Assembly: GCA_043798915.1 (NCBI GenBank)
Contig: JAZDOG010000056.1
Location: forward strand, 1-64,000
DNA from: Pseudomonadota bacterium
Lineage (GTDB): Bacteria > UBA10199 > 2-02-FULL-44-16 > JAAZCA01
DNA length: 64,000 nucleotides
Reading direction: 5' to 3'
In this document: piece by piece, positions 55,427-64,000 of the stretch
Position numbering within the stretch: the stretch's first letter is position 1
How the letters are laid out: every line of letters begins with the position of its first letter
Position numbers and translations under genes: made by a program
The notes under the pieces: model-generated
Told to the model about the DNA's origin: nothing
Database searches by the model: none
What the model saw: the letters and a program-made list of their open reading frames with translations, nothing else

Positions 55427-56905
55427 TTAGAAAACCGAGCCCTGTGCCAGGGCCACGATGTTCTGCGGCAGGATGCCGAAGAGGATGACCGCCATGGCCG
55501 CCACGGCGATGACCGCTACGACGGCCGGCGAAAGCGCGTGCTGCGGCATCTCCCGGCCCTTCTCGCTGTCGCGGAAGTACATCACGACCACCGGGCGCAG
55601 ATAATAGTAGACCGACACGACGGAGGCCAGTGCCGCCAGCACCACGAGCGGCACGCCGCCGCTCTTCACCGCGGTGAGGAAAAGATAGTATTTGCCGAAG
55701 AAGCCGAGCGTCGGCGGAAATCCGGCGAGCGAGATCAGGAAAAGAGAAAACGCGGCCGCGAGCACGGGGCGCCTGCGCGAGAGGCCGGCGAGATTGCCGA
55801 TCTCCACCGGCTCGCCGGGGGCGAGCCCCATCGCCACGACCGCGGCAAATGCGCCGGAGGTCATCACGACATACGCGATGAGATAGAGGACAAGGGCGCG
55901 CATCGCCGCGGATGGGTTCGCGGAGATCGTCGGAAAGAGGACCAGCAGATAGCCGGCGTGCGCGATCGACGAATAGGCGAGCATCCGCTTGAGATTATCC
56001 TGGCGGATCGCGGCCAGGTTTCCGAGGATCATCGTCGCCGCAGCGAGCGCCCACGACAAATGGTGCCACAGCACGCCGGCCGAGGATGCGGCGGCGATGA
56101 CGAAGCGCAGAAACGCTATGAAGGCCGCGGCCTTGACGCCGGTCGCCATGAATGAGGTGACGGGCGTGGGCGCGCCGTCGTATGCGTCGGGCGCCCAGGC
56201 GTGGAACGGGACCGCCGCCACCTTGAACCCGAAGCCCACCGCCGCCATCGCGCAGCCGAAGAGGAAGAATGACCTGCCCTCCCCCACCGCGATCTCTTTT
56301 GAGCGCGAGGCGAGGAGCGCCAAATCGGTCGTCCCGGCGCTGCCCAAGATGAACGCGATGCCCATGACGAAAAATGCGGTGGCGAACGCGCCCATGAGGA
56401 AATATTTCAGCGCGCCTTCGACGGAGACCGGGCGATCCTTGAGATAGCCCGTCAGCGCATAGGCGGCCAGCGACATGATCTCGAGGCCCAGGAGTATCGT
56501 GATGAGATCGGCCGCCGCCATGAGCACGCCCATCCCGAACGTGGCGAGGAGGATGAGACTGAAGTAATCGGGTTGGGGCTCGCCGCGCTCCTTGAGATAG
56601 GGGATGGAGAGCATCGCCGCCGCTATCGCCGCCGCTATGGCTATCATCCAGCCAATGGCCGCCACGCGATCGAAGGACATCATGAGGACCGGCGCGCCGC
56701 CAGCGCCGGGCCATGCGCGCCACGCAAGCCAGAACGCGGCAGCCAGCCCCGCAATCGCCACCTTTCCCGAGAGGCACGACTCGTCCTCCTTGAAAAAGGC
56801 CGCCATGATGAGGACCAGCGCCGCCGTCGCAGCAATAGCAAGCAACGGCGAAGCCGAGCGAAAGAATCCAAACCAATCAAGTTGTGTAAACGATTCAATG
56901 CCCAT
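55427..56905 (-). CDS. nuoN: NADH-quinone oxidoreductase subunit N
   Basis: EGALKYF, FKVAAVPFH.W.PD.Y.GAP, KRMLAYSSIAHAGY. Confidence 0.95.
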   Translation of the reverse strand: MGIESFTQLDWFGFFRSASPLLAIAATAALVLIMAAFFKEDESCLSGKVAIAGLAAAFWLAWRAWPGAGGAPVLMMSFDRVAAIGWMIAIAAAIAAAMLSIPYLKERGEPQPDYFSLILLATFGMGVLMAAADLITILLGLEIMSLAAYALTGYLKDRPVSVEGALKYFLMGAFATAFFVMGIAFILGSAGTTDLALLASRSKEIAVGEGRSFFLFGCAMAAVGFGFKVAAVPFHAWAPDAYDGAPTPVTSFMATGVKAAAFIAFLRFVIAAASSAGVLWHHLSWALAAATMILGNLAAIRQDNLKRMLAYSSIAHAGYLLVLFPTISANPSAAMRALVLYLIAYVVMTSGAFAAVVAMGLAPGEPVEIGNLAGLSRRRPVLAAAFSLFLISLAGFPPTLGFFGKYYLFLTAVKSGGVPLVVLAALASVVSVYYYLRPVVVMYFRDSEKGREMPQHALSPAVVAVIAVAAMAVILFGILPQNIVALAQGSVF

Positions 56906-56931
56906 AATTAAAAATTCTCCCACTCCAAAAT

Positions 56932-57040
56932 CCTCCCTCCCTTGATGGGAGGGAGTCAGAGGGAGGGTGACCCTTCAGTTTTCATCACAATTTTGCCATT
57001 GCCACCCTCTCCCTGACCCTCTCCCATCAAGGGAGAGGGA
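56932..57040. repeat. Palindromic repeat element (CCCTCTCCC/GGGAGAGG type)
   Basis: ctccctcccttgatgggagggag...ccctctcccatcaagggagaggg; two inverted hairpin arms. Confidence 0.85.
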
Positions 57041-58551
57041 AAAACTTCACGTGGGGGAATGCTGGCCGGCACAATCATCTCTACCCTCTTCGAAAGCTTC
57101 ACGAACACCTGGGCCGGGCGCCATATCTTCGTGAGCAGAAACTCCGGCCAGACGCCGATCATGATTATGAGCGCGATGAGCGGGACGAGCGTCGCATACT
57201 CGCGGGCACAGAGGTCCGGCATGCGCCTCTCCTCCTCGTTCTTCAGGGGTCCAAAGAATACGCGCGCCACCGCCCACAGCATATAGATCGCGACGAGGAT
57301 GACACCCAGTATCGCGATCGCGGAGAATACGGTCCTCGTCTGGAAGCTCCCGAGCAGGACCAGGAACTCTCCGGCGAAGTTGTTGAGTCCCGGCAGCCCC
57401 ATCGACGATAGCACCATGAAGATGAACACCGCGGCGAGCGCCGGCCACGACCTCGCCGTCCCGCCGTAGTCGGCGATCATGCGCGTGTGGCGGCGGCCGT
57501 AGATCATGCCCACCATGAGGAAGAGCGCGCCCGTGGTGAGGCCGTGGTTCACCATCTGAAGGACCGAGCCTGCGACCGCCTCCCTGTTGAGTGCGGCGAG
57601 CCCGAGCATCACGAACCCCATGTGCGAAACGGAGGAATACGCGATGAGCCTCTTCAAATCCGGCTGCACCATGGCGAGCAAAGCGCCGGCGATGATGCCG
57701 ACGACCGAGAGCGTGAGGATCGCCGGCATGAACTCGACCACCGCAAGCGGGAAGAGCGGCATCGCAAACCGGAAGAAACCGTATGCCCCCATCTTGAGCA
57801 GGACGCCCGCAAGCAGGATGCTGCCCGCGGTGGGCGCCTCCGTGTGCGCGTCGGGCAGCCACGTGTGGAATCCTATTATCGGCACCTTGATCGCGAAGGC
57901 GAGCGCGAGCGCTGCAAAGAGCCAGATCTGCTCGCGCGCGGTGAAGTGATGCGCGTACCACGCCAGCAGATCGAATGAGTTGGCGGCATTGGCGGCATAC
58001 AGGATCGCGACGAGCATCAGGAGCGACCCGACCATCGTGAAGATGACGAACTTGAGCGCCGCGCGGATGCGATCGCCGCTGCCCCATATGCCTATCATGA
58101 AGTACATCGGGATCAGGACGACCTCCCAGAAGACATAGAACAGGAAGACATCGAGCGCGGCGAAGACGCCCAGCATCCCAGTCTCGAGCAGCAGGATCAG
58201 GACATGGAACGCCTTCACCTGCCTGTCTATCTCGCGCCACGAGGCGATTATCGATATCGGGACCAGGACCGCGGTGAGCAGCAGGAGCAGGAGCGACGCG
58301 CCGTCGATCCCGAGGTGATAACTGATGCCGAGCGATACGATCCACGGCGCCTGTTCGACTATCTCGAACTCGCCGGTCCCGGAGACGCGCGTGAACGCGA
58401 GCGCCGTGAGCGCAAACACGCAGAGCGAGGTGAAGAGCGAGAAAACGCGAATCCCCCTCGTCCATTTGGAGGGCATCGCTAAAACGACGATCATGCCGGC
58501 AATCGGCAGAAAGATGATAGCTGTCAGCAGATGTGAATTTATGAAGCCCAT
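56956..58551 (-). CDS. nuoM: NADH-quinone oxidoreductase subunit M
   Basis: FYVFWE, HTWLPDAH.EAPT, KRLIAYSSVSHMG, LPGLNNF.GE. Confidence 0.95.
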   Translation of the reverse strand: MGFINSHLLTAIIFLPIAGMIVVLAMPSKWTRGIRVFSLFTSLCVFALTALAFTRVSGTGEFEIVEQAPWIVSLGISYHLGIDGASLLLLLLTAVLVPISIIASWREIDRQVKAFHVLILLLETGMLGVFAALDVFLFYVFWEVVLIPMYFMIGIWGSGDRIRAALKFVIFTMVGSLLMLVAILYAANAANSFDLLAWYAHHFTAREQIWLFAALALAFAIKVPIIGFHTWLPDAHTEAPTAGSILLAGVLLKMGAYGFFRFAMPLFPLAVVEFMPAILTLSVVGIIAGALLAMVQPDLKRLIAYSSVSHMGFVMLGLAALNREAVAGSVLQMVNHGLTTGALFLMVGMIYGRRHTRMIADYGGTARSWPALAAVFIFMVLSSMGLPGLNNFAGEFLVLLGSFQTRTVFSAIAILGVILVAIYMLWAVARVFFGPLKNEEERRMPDLCAREYATLVPLIALIIMIGVWPEFLLTKIWRPAQVFVKLSKRVEMIVPASIPPREVFPSPLMGEGQGEGGNGKIVMKTEGSPSL

Positions 58552-58570
58552 AGTTTAATCGCCCTGTTTT

Positions 58571-60553
58571 TTACAGCGCCAGATATCCGATCACCGCCAC
58601 CGCTCCAATCAGGAAATAGAGCAGATAGCGCTGCAGCACGCCCGTCTGTGCCGCTGAGGCCACGGTCGCCATGAAGCCGACGGACCGGGCCGAGCCGTGG
58701 ACGACGAGCCCGTCCACGAATGTCTCATCGATCGTGTTCCAGAGCACGCGCCTTGAAAACCAGACGAGCGGCTTGACGATCAGGAGGTCATAGAGCTCGT
58801 CTATGTAATAGCGATTTGCCACTAGCCTGTAGAAGAGCCCCATCCTCTCCGCGATCCTCACCGGCCACTCGCGCTTCTGCGCGTAGATGAGCCAGCCAAG
58901 TATCGAGAAGTGCGCCGCCCATATGATGCTGACCGCCATGAGGATGAGCTCGCCGTGCGAGCCCTCCGCGGGGGCATGTCCCATCTCGTATGGGATGAGG
59001 CCCCCCAGCCAATGTCCAAGGATGTTGCCGCCCCCGAGGGCAGAAGGCAGGCCCAGCACCCCGCCGAAGATCGAGAGCGTGACGAGCAGCAGGATCGGCA
59101 CCGCCATCGATATGGAGGATTCCTCGACGCGCTTCCACTTCTCCAGCGAGAGGTTCGTCTCGCCGAAGAACACGAGGCCGGCGGCGCGGAAGATGTAGAA
59201 GGCGGTGAGGCCGGCGCCGGTGAAGCCCGCGGCCCAGAGCCAGAAGTGGCCGCGCTCGTAGACCTGCCAGAGGATCGCGTCCTTGCTGAAGAAGCCCGAA
59301 AAAGGAGGGAGGCCGGCCAGCGCCGCCGCTGCGATGACGAAGGCCCAGGCGGTGAGAGGCATGCGGTTCTTGAGGCCCCCCATGTTGCGGATGTCCTGCT
59401 CGCCGTGCAGCGCGTGGATCACGCTGCCCGCGCAGAGGAAGAGCAGGGCCTTGAAGAATGCGTGCGTCACGAGGTGGAAGATCGCGGCGGAGAATGCGCC
59501 GACGCCCGCCGCCATGAACATGTATCCCAGCTGCGAGATGGTCGAATACGCCAGTATCTTCTTGAGATCCGTCGCCGCGAGACCCATCGTCGCCGCGAAG
59601 AGCGCCGTCGCTGCGCCGGTCCATGCCACGACCTCGAGCGCCGTCGGCGAGAGCGCGAATATGAAGTTGAGCCTCACCACCATGTAGACGCCGGCGGTGA
59701 CCATCGTCGCCGCGTGGATGAGCGCCGAGACCGGCGTCGGGCCCGCCATCGCGTCCGGGAGCCAGACGTAGAGCGGGATCTGCGCCGATTTTCCGACGGC
59801 GCCAGCGAAGAGCAGGAGCGAGACGGTGGTCGCGACCGGGACGAAGTACGCCCCGTAGCGCTCCATCGTCTGGAAGTTGAACGCCCCGGATTCAGGGGAA
59901 ACGCCTGCTGCCGACATGACGCCGAAGATGAGGAAGATGGCAGCGAGGAAACCAGCGTCGCCGATCCTGTTGACGATGAACGCCTTCATGCCCGCCTTGG
60001 CCTTCGCCGCGTCCTCGAACCAGAAGCCGATGAGGAGATAGGAGCAGAGCCCCACGCCCTCCCAGCCCACGAACATGAGGATCAGATTGTCGGCGAGCAC
60101 GAGTGTGAGCATGAAGAAGAGGAAGAGGTTCATCTGCGCGAAGAAGCGGGCATAGCCCGCGTCGTGCGCCATGTAGCCGATGGAATAGATGTGTATGAGA
60201 GAACCGACGCCCGTCACGACGAGCGCCATCACGAGCGAGAGCTGGTCGACCCTGAGACCCGCTTCGATCACGAGGTCAGGGCTCGCCGCCCACTTGAAGA
60301 GCGGTCCGGTTATCGCCGACGGGGCGCCGGATTCGAAACCCAGGAGCGTCCAGAGGACCGCCGCGGCCGCTGCGAACGAGGCGAGCGGCAGGATGCAGCC
60401 GGCAAAGGAGACCAGGGGCTTGAGCTTCACCTTCTCGCTTCGCGCGGTTGCAAACGCCACGAGGCCGTTGATCGCGGCGCCAGCGAGCGGCAAAAGGACG
60501 ATCATCCAGATCAGCGTCTGGAGGGAGATGTATGTGTAGATAAATTGAAGCAT
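58571..60553 (-). CDS. nuoL: NADH-quinone oxidoreductase subunit L
   Basis: GWEGVGLCSY, KSAQIPL.VWLPDAM.GPTPVSALIHAATMV, THAFFKALLF. Confidence 0.97.
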   Translation of the reverse strand: MLQFIYTYISLQTLIWMIVLLPLAGAAINGLVAFATARSEKVKLKPLVSFAGCILPLASFAAAAAVLWTLLGFESGAPSAITGPLFKWAASPDLVIEAGLRVDQLSLVMALVVTGVGSLIHIYSIGYMAHDAGYARFFAQMNLFLFFMLTLVLADNLILMFVGWEGVGLCSYLLIGFWFEDAAKAKAGMKAFIVNRIGDAGFLAAIFLIFGVMSAAGVSPESGAFNFQTMERYGAYFVPVATTVSLLLFAGAVGKSAQIPLYVWLPDAMAGPTPVSALIHAATMVTAGVYMVVRLNFIFALSPTALEVVAWTGAATALFAATMGLAATDLKKILAYSTISQLGYMFMAAGVGAFSAAIFHLVTHAFFKALLFLCAGSVIHALHGEQDIRNMGGLKNRMPLTAWAFVIAAAALAGLPPFSGFFSKDAILWQVYERGHFWLWAAGFTGAGLTAFYIFRAAGLVFFGETNLSLEKWKRVEESSISMAVPILLLVTLSIFGGVLGLPSALGGGNILGHWLGGLIPYEMGHAPAEGSHGELILMAVSIIWAAHFSILGWLIYAQKREWPVRIAERMGLFYRLVANRYYIDELYDLLIVKPLVWFSRRVLWNTIDETFVDGLVVHGSARSVGFMATVASAAQTGVLQRYLLYFLIGAVAVIGYLAL

Positions 60554-60560
60554 CGTTTTT

Positions 60561-60866
60561 TCAGCCCTTGAGCATCCTCATCTCATCCACATAGACCGTC
60601 TTCTTGAGACGGAAGAGCGCCACGACTAGCGCCAGCCCCACCGCCGCCTCCGCCGCTATGACGGCCAGGACGAAGAGCACCACCGCGTTTCCCTGCGGCA
60701 GGAGCGTCCACCTCGCAAAGGCCAGGATAGCGATGTTGGCCGCAGCGAGCATCAGTTCGATCGACATGAATATGATCAGCATGTTCCGGCGCACGACCAC
60801 GCCGGCCGCCCCCACGACGAAGAGCGCAACGCTCAAGACGAGATAATGTTGGAGCGTGATTGTCAT
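60561..60866 (-). CDS. nuoK: NADH-quinone oxidoreductase subunit K
   Basis: RRN..IIFMSIELML, AAEAAVGLA. Confidence 0.95.
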   Translation of the reverse strand: MTITLQHYLVLSVALFVVGAAGVVVRRNMLIIFMSIELMLAAANIAILAFARWTLLPQGNAVVLFVLAVIAAEAAVGLALVVALFRLKKTVYVDEMRMLKG

Positions 60867-61459
60867 GGCGCACGTCCCTCCTCCCCTTTGTAAGGGGAGG
60901 TCGGGTGGGGTAGACCATGATCTACCTCCCCTAACCCCTCCTTACAAAGGAGGGGAATTTTGTGCTCCGTTTTTTTCTTTGCCAGCACCACCGCCGCTAC
61001 CGCCGCGACGAGAAGCAGGACTCCCGCTAGTTCAAACGGCACCGCATAGCTGCCGAGCAGGAGGCCCGCCAGCGTCAGGGGCGCCTCAAAGGCCTCTCCG
61101 CTCGCCGGCGGCGAGACATACGGCGGCCTCGCTATCGAAAGGATCAGGATAAATCCCAGATATCCGGCGGCGATCGCGCCGAGCGCCTTGGCGAAGTTGA
61201 TCGCCCTCGCGCGGTGCGCCTCCTCCCCCAGATCGACGAGCATCACCACGAAGATGAAGATTACCATCACGGCGCCGGCCGAAATGAGGACCTGCAGCAC
61301 CGCCAGGAAAGGCGAATTCAGAAGCGCGAAGATCCCCGCGACGCACATGAGGCAAATCACAAGCCACACCGCGCTCATGAGCGGCGACCCTCGCGTGATG
61401 ACCGCGACCGCGGCGACCATCGCCGCTGAGGCGAGGATGTAGAAAAGGACCGTTTCCAT
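60863..61459 (-). CDS. nuoJ: NADH-quinone oxidoreductase subunit J
   Basis: QVLISAGAVMVIFIFVVML, PFELAGVLLL. Confidence 0.93.
   Translation of the reverse strand: METVLFYILASAAMVAAVAVITRGSPLMSAVWLVICLMCVAGIFALLNSPFLAVLQVLISAGAVMVIFIFVVMLVDLGEEAHRARAINFAKALGAIAAGYLGFILILSIARPPYVSPPASGEAFEAPLTLAGLLLGSYAVPFELAGVLLLVAAVAAVVLAKKKTEHKIPLLCKEGLGEVDHGLPHPTSPYKGEEGRAP
60876..60957. repeat. Palindromic repeat element inside the nuoJ 3' end
   Basis: cctcccctttgtaaggggagg...cccctccttacaaaggagggg. Confidence 0.88.
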
Positions 61460-62725
61460 TCAACCTTTCAACAACACAACCACTGCGGTTGCAAGGACAT
61501 TGGCCATCGAGAGCGGGAGCAGCACCTTCCACCCCAACCGCATGAGCTGGTCATAGCGAAAGCGCGGCAGCGTCCACCTGATCCAGATAAAGACGGCGGC
61601 GATCGCGATAGTCTTCGCGAGCACAACGCCCAGCTGGACCGCAAAGACGAAGACGCCTGGCGCCCACCCGGGAAACCAGCTCCATCCGAACATCGGATAG
61701 AGGACGAGCGCGGCCAGTCCAGCGACGGCGACAGGCAGCCCGAAGACCAGCGGCTCGAAGTCGCGCCGGTCGCCGTATCGCCTCTTGAACCGCCTCGCCA
61801 GCGCGTTGCCCGCAATGACGGTGGCGACCGCCGCGACCGGCCAGCCAATCATGATGATGGCCTGGGCGTTCGCGCGCATCGCATCCGCGGCGACGAACGG
61901 GAACTGCCATCCGCCGAAGAATACCGCGGCGAGGATGGCCGAACCGGCGATGATGTGAGCATACTCGCCCATGAAGAACATCGCAAACCGCATGCTCGAA
62001 TATTCCGTGTGATAGCCGGCCACGAGTTCCGACTCCCCCTCAGGGAGGTCGAAGGGCAGGCGGTTCGTCTCGGCGAGCATCGCGGCGAAGAATATGACGA
62101 ACGCCAGCGGCTGGCGGACGGCGTTCCATCTCCAGACCATCGCGCCCTGATCGGCGATGATGTCCGGCAGCGAGAACGACCCTGCTACGATGAATATCGC
62201 GAGCGCGCTCATCCCCATCGCCAGCTCATAGCTTATCATCTGCGACGAGGCGCGAAGCGCAGCGAGGAGCGAATATTTGCCGCCGGAGGACCAGCCCGCG
62301 AGGATGAGCGCGTAGACGCCGAGCGAACCCATCGCGAAGACGTAGATCAGGCCGGATTTGAGGTCTGCGATCTGCAGCGAAAAGGTAAGACCGCCGATCC
62401 TCAGGGGCTCAGCGAACGGCACCACGGCGATCGTCACGGTCGCCACGAAGAGGGCAAGCATCGGCGCCGCGAGATAGAGCGGCTTGTAGGCGGCACCGAC
62501 CGTGATATCCTCTTTTGTGAGGAGTTTGATCGCGTCCGCCAGGCTGTGGATGAGGCCACCGAGCCTGATGCCGAGTATCTCAGCCCGGTTGGGGCCGCGG
62601 CGGTCCTGGATGTATGCCGCCCCCTTGCGCTCCATCCAGATAAGGACGGGCACGAGGGTGAGGAGCATCGAGAATATCAGGACCACCTTCGCGGCGGCGA
62701 TTGTAAGATCGAGAATGCTCATCAT
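61460..62725 (-). CDS. nuoH: NADH-quinone oxidoreductase subunit H
   Basis: ERK..A.IQDRRGPN, QMISYE, ETNRLPFDLPEGESELVAGY.TEYS, RWTLPRFRYDQ. Confidence 0.96.
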   Translation of the reverse strand: MMSILDLTIAAAKVVLIFSMLLTLVPVLIWMERKGAAYIQDRRGPNRAEILGIRLGGLIHSLADAIKLLTKEDITVGAAYKPLYLAAPMLALFVATVTIAVVPFAEPLRIGGLTFSLQIADLKSGLIYVFAMGSLGVYALILAGWSSGGKYSLLAALRASSQMISYELAMGMSALAIFIVAGSFSLPDIIADQGAMVWRWNAVRQPLAFVIFFAAMLAETNRLPFDLPEGESELVAGYHTEYSSMRFAMFFMGEYAHIIAGSAILAAVFFGGWQFPFVAADAMRANAQAIIMIGWPVAAVATVIAGNALARRFKRRYGDRRDFEPLVFGLPVAVAGLAALVLYPMFGWSWFPGWAPGVFVFAVQLGVVLAKTIAIAAVFIWIRWTLPRFRYDQLMRLGWKVLLPLSMANVLATAVVVLLKG

Positions 62726-62733
62726 TCACTTTC

Positions 62734-62812
62734 TCCCCTCCTTTGTAAGGAGGGGCTGGGGGAGGTAGATCGCTATCTACCCCACCCTACCCTCCCCTTA
62801 CAAAGGGGAGGA
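62734..62812. repeat. Palindromic repeat element between nuoG and nuoH
   Basis: Near reverse-complement copy of 60876-60957. Confidence 0.88.
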
Positions 62813-62818
62813 TTATTT

Positions 62819-64000
62819 TTATTCGAGCGCCGTTGAAAGACGTTTTACAATAGTTTCTACTGTCAAGGACTGACCGAGAGGCTCAAACGCCTTCGCGGCT
62901 CGCTGGGCTGTCCCCTGTCTGTTGATAAAGGTCCCATCCTGCTCCGCATGCGTCGCCTTTGGCAGGAGCATGTCCACCCAGCCTTCGGCTATGGAATTCG
63001 ATGCGATCACAGCTGTCCAGGCGGGCGCAGATGATGCCATCGCGACGGCGTCGTCGCGGGACAATCCATTCAGGATTATATAACCCGCGCCCTTCTTGAG
63101 ATTCGCGAGGCGCGCGGCGGCTGTCTTCGTCACGCCGGCCCTGTTTGGATTCCTGTCGACGCTGCGCAGGATCGCGTCGCCGAACGCCGGCTCGTCGTCC
63201 GCGCCGGACCAGGCGATCTTTGCCGCATCTTTAAGACCGCGGCCAAATTCCGCAAGCGCCGCGTTCTCCTCTTCGCTCGCGCCCGCGGAGAGGACGCAGA
63301 CTATTTCGGATGCGTTGCCAGCGCGGATGAGCCCTGCGACTCTCGAGGCGGCGTCGCTCCATCCTGCGGCCACAAACCCGCCGCACTGCCTGATCTGCGG
63401 CTCCAGTATGCGGTTCTCTGGTCTAAGATTTGAATACGTCATGCGGCCCACATCGCATAGCCATTCCTTGTTGACCGAGTCATTAGCGCGCGGCCGGAAG
63501 CGATAGACGATCAAATCGTCGTGATCGATCCATATGTTGCAGCCGGTTGCGCAGCCCAAGCAGATCGAGGGCGTGGATTTGAGAAACCAGACGCGCTTTT
63601 TGAAACGGAACTCGACGGACGTGAGCGCACCCACGGGACACAAGTCGACCGTGCAGAGCGAATATGGATTCGAGAGCGAAGAGCCGGCGGCAATGCCGAT
63701 CGTCGAATGATCTCCGCGCTCCGTGAAACCGATCTCGTGGACGCCCGCGACCTCCTCGCAGAACCGGACGCAACGGGAGCACTCCACGCAGCGCTCGGCA
63801 TCGAGCATCACATGTGGTCCAATGCGAAGGGCCTTGGGCTTGTGGACCTTTGGATCGACGAGGCGCGAGGGGCGGAGGCTGTGATCGAAGTAATAATCCT
63901 GAAGCCGGCATTCCCCCGCCTGGTCGCATACCGGACAGTCGAGCGGATGGTTGCGCAGGACGAACTCGAGCGTGTCCGCGCGCGCCATTTTGGCAAGCTC
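62819..64000 (-). CDS. nuoG: NADH-quinone oxidoreductase subunit G (5' end beyond the window)
   Basis: NHPLDCPVCDQAGEC, CVECSRCVRFC, DLCPVGAL, CLGCATGC; short C-terminal domain. Confidence 0.9.
   Translation of the reverse strand, partial: ELAKMARADTLEFVLRNHPLDCPVCDQAGECRLQDYYFDHSLRPSRLVDPKVHKPKALRIGPHVMLDAERCVECSRCVRFCEEVAGVHEIGFTERGDHSTIGIAAGSSLSNPYSLCTVDLCPVGALTSVEFRFKKRVWFLKSTPSICLGCATGCNIWIDHDDLIVYRFRPRANDSVNKEWLCDVGRMTYSNLRPENRILEPQIRQCGGFVAAGWSDAASRVAGLIRAGNASEIVCVLSAGASEEENAALAEFGRGLKDAAKIAWSGADDEPAFGDAILRSVDRNPNRAGVTKTAAARLANLKKGAGYIILNGLSRDDAVAMASSAPAWTAVIASNSIAEGWVDMLLPKATHAEQDGTFINRQGTAQRAAKAFEPLGQSLTVETIVKRLSTALE

Noticed and set aside
1..64000. tRNA or rRNA genes
   Set aside because: No cloverleaf/T-loop signatures or rRNA conserved blocks noticed in intergenic regions; tRNAscan-SE and barrnap would confirm.

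Overview
Bacterial chromosomal segment, GC-rich in its core genes. Gene content (sigma54 FHA activator, nuo operon, pruA/proline dehydrogenase/rocD) suggests a Deltaproteobacteria-like organism; this is inference. About 1-19,150 is an accessory region: the tail of an IS66 transposase, an intact IS1634-family element, then mostly co-oriented defence, toxin-antitoxin and secreted-protein genes. These are AbiF with an upstream structured RNA, pRiA4b ORF3, HipA plus HTH, two paralogous Cys-tipped lipoproteins, a radical SAM enzyme, a low-GC two-component block, an aspartyl protease-Sel1 protein and a papain-like protease. From 19,200 on the window is mostly housekeeping (csp, dNK pair, gmk, slt, rlpA, pruA, rocD, valS, nadC, nadA, ligA, M16 protease, lemA, nuoG/H/J/K/L/M/N) with small inserted islets. 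Main unexplained structures: (1) a ~22-bp arm AACCRCCGGTMACGGAGCAAA, single or as palindromic pairs, at gene junctions of the accessory region, giving a cassette-array-like layout with no canonical attC sites and no integrase in view; (2) a 27-bp duplication of the radical SAM 3' end, differing only at synonymous sites, that brackets the low-GC two-component block; (3) a ligA gene with an AT-rich in-frame central kilobase; (4) palindromic repeats translated into the NuoM and NuoJ C-termini. No rRNA, tRNA or CRISPR array was seen. All calls come from motif recognition by eye, not database searches.
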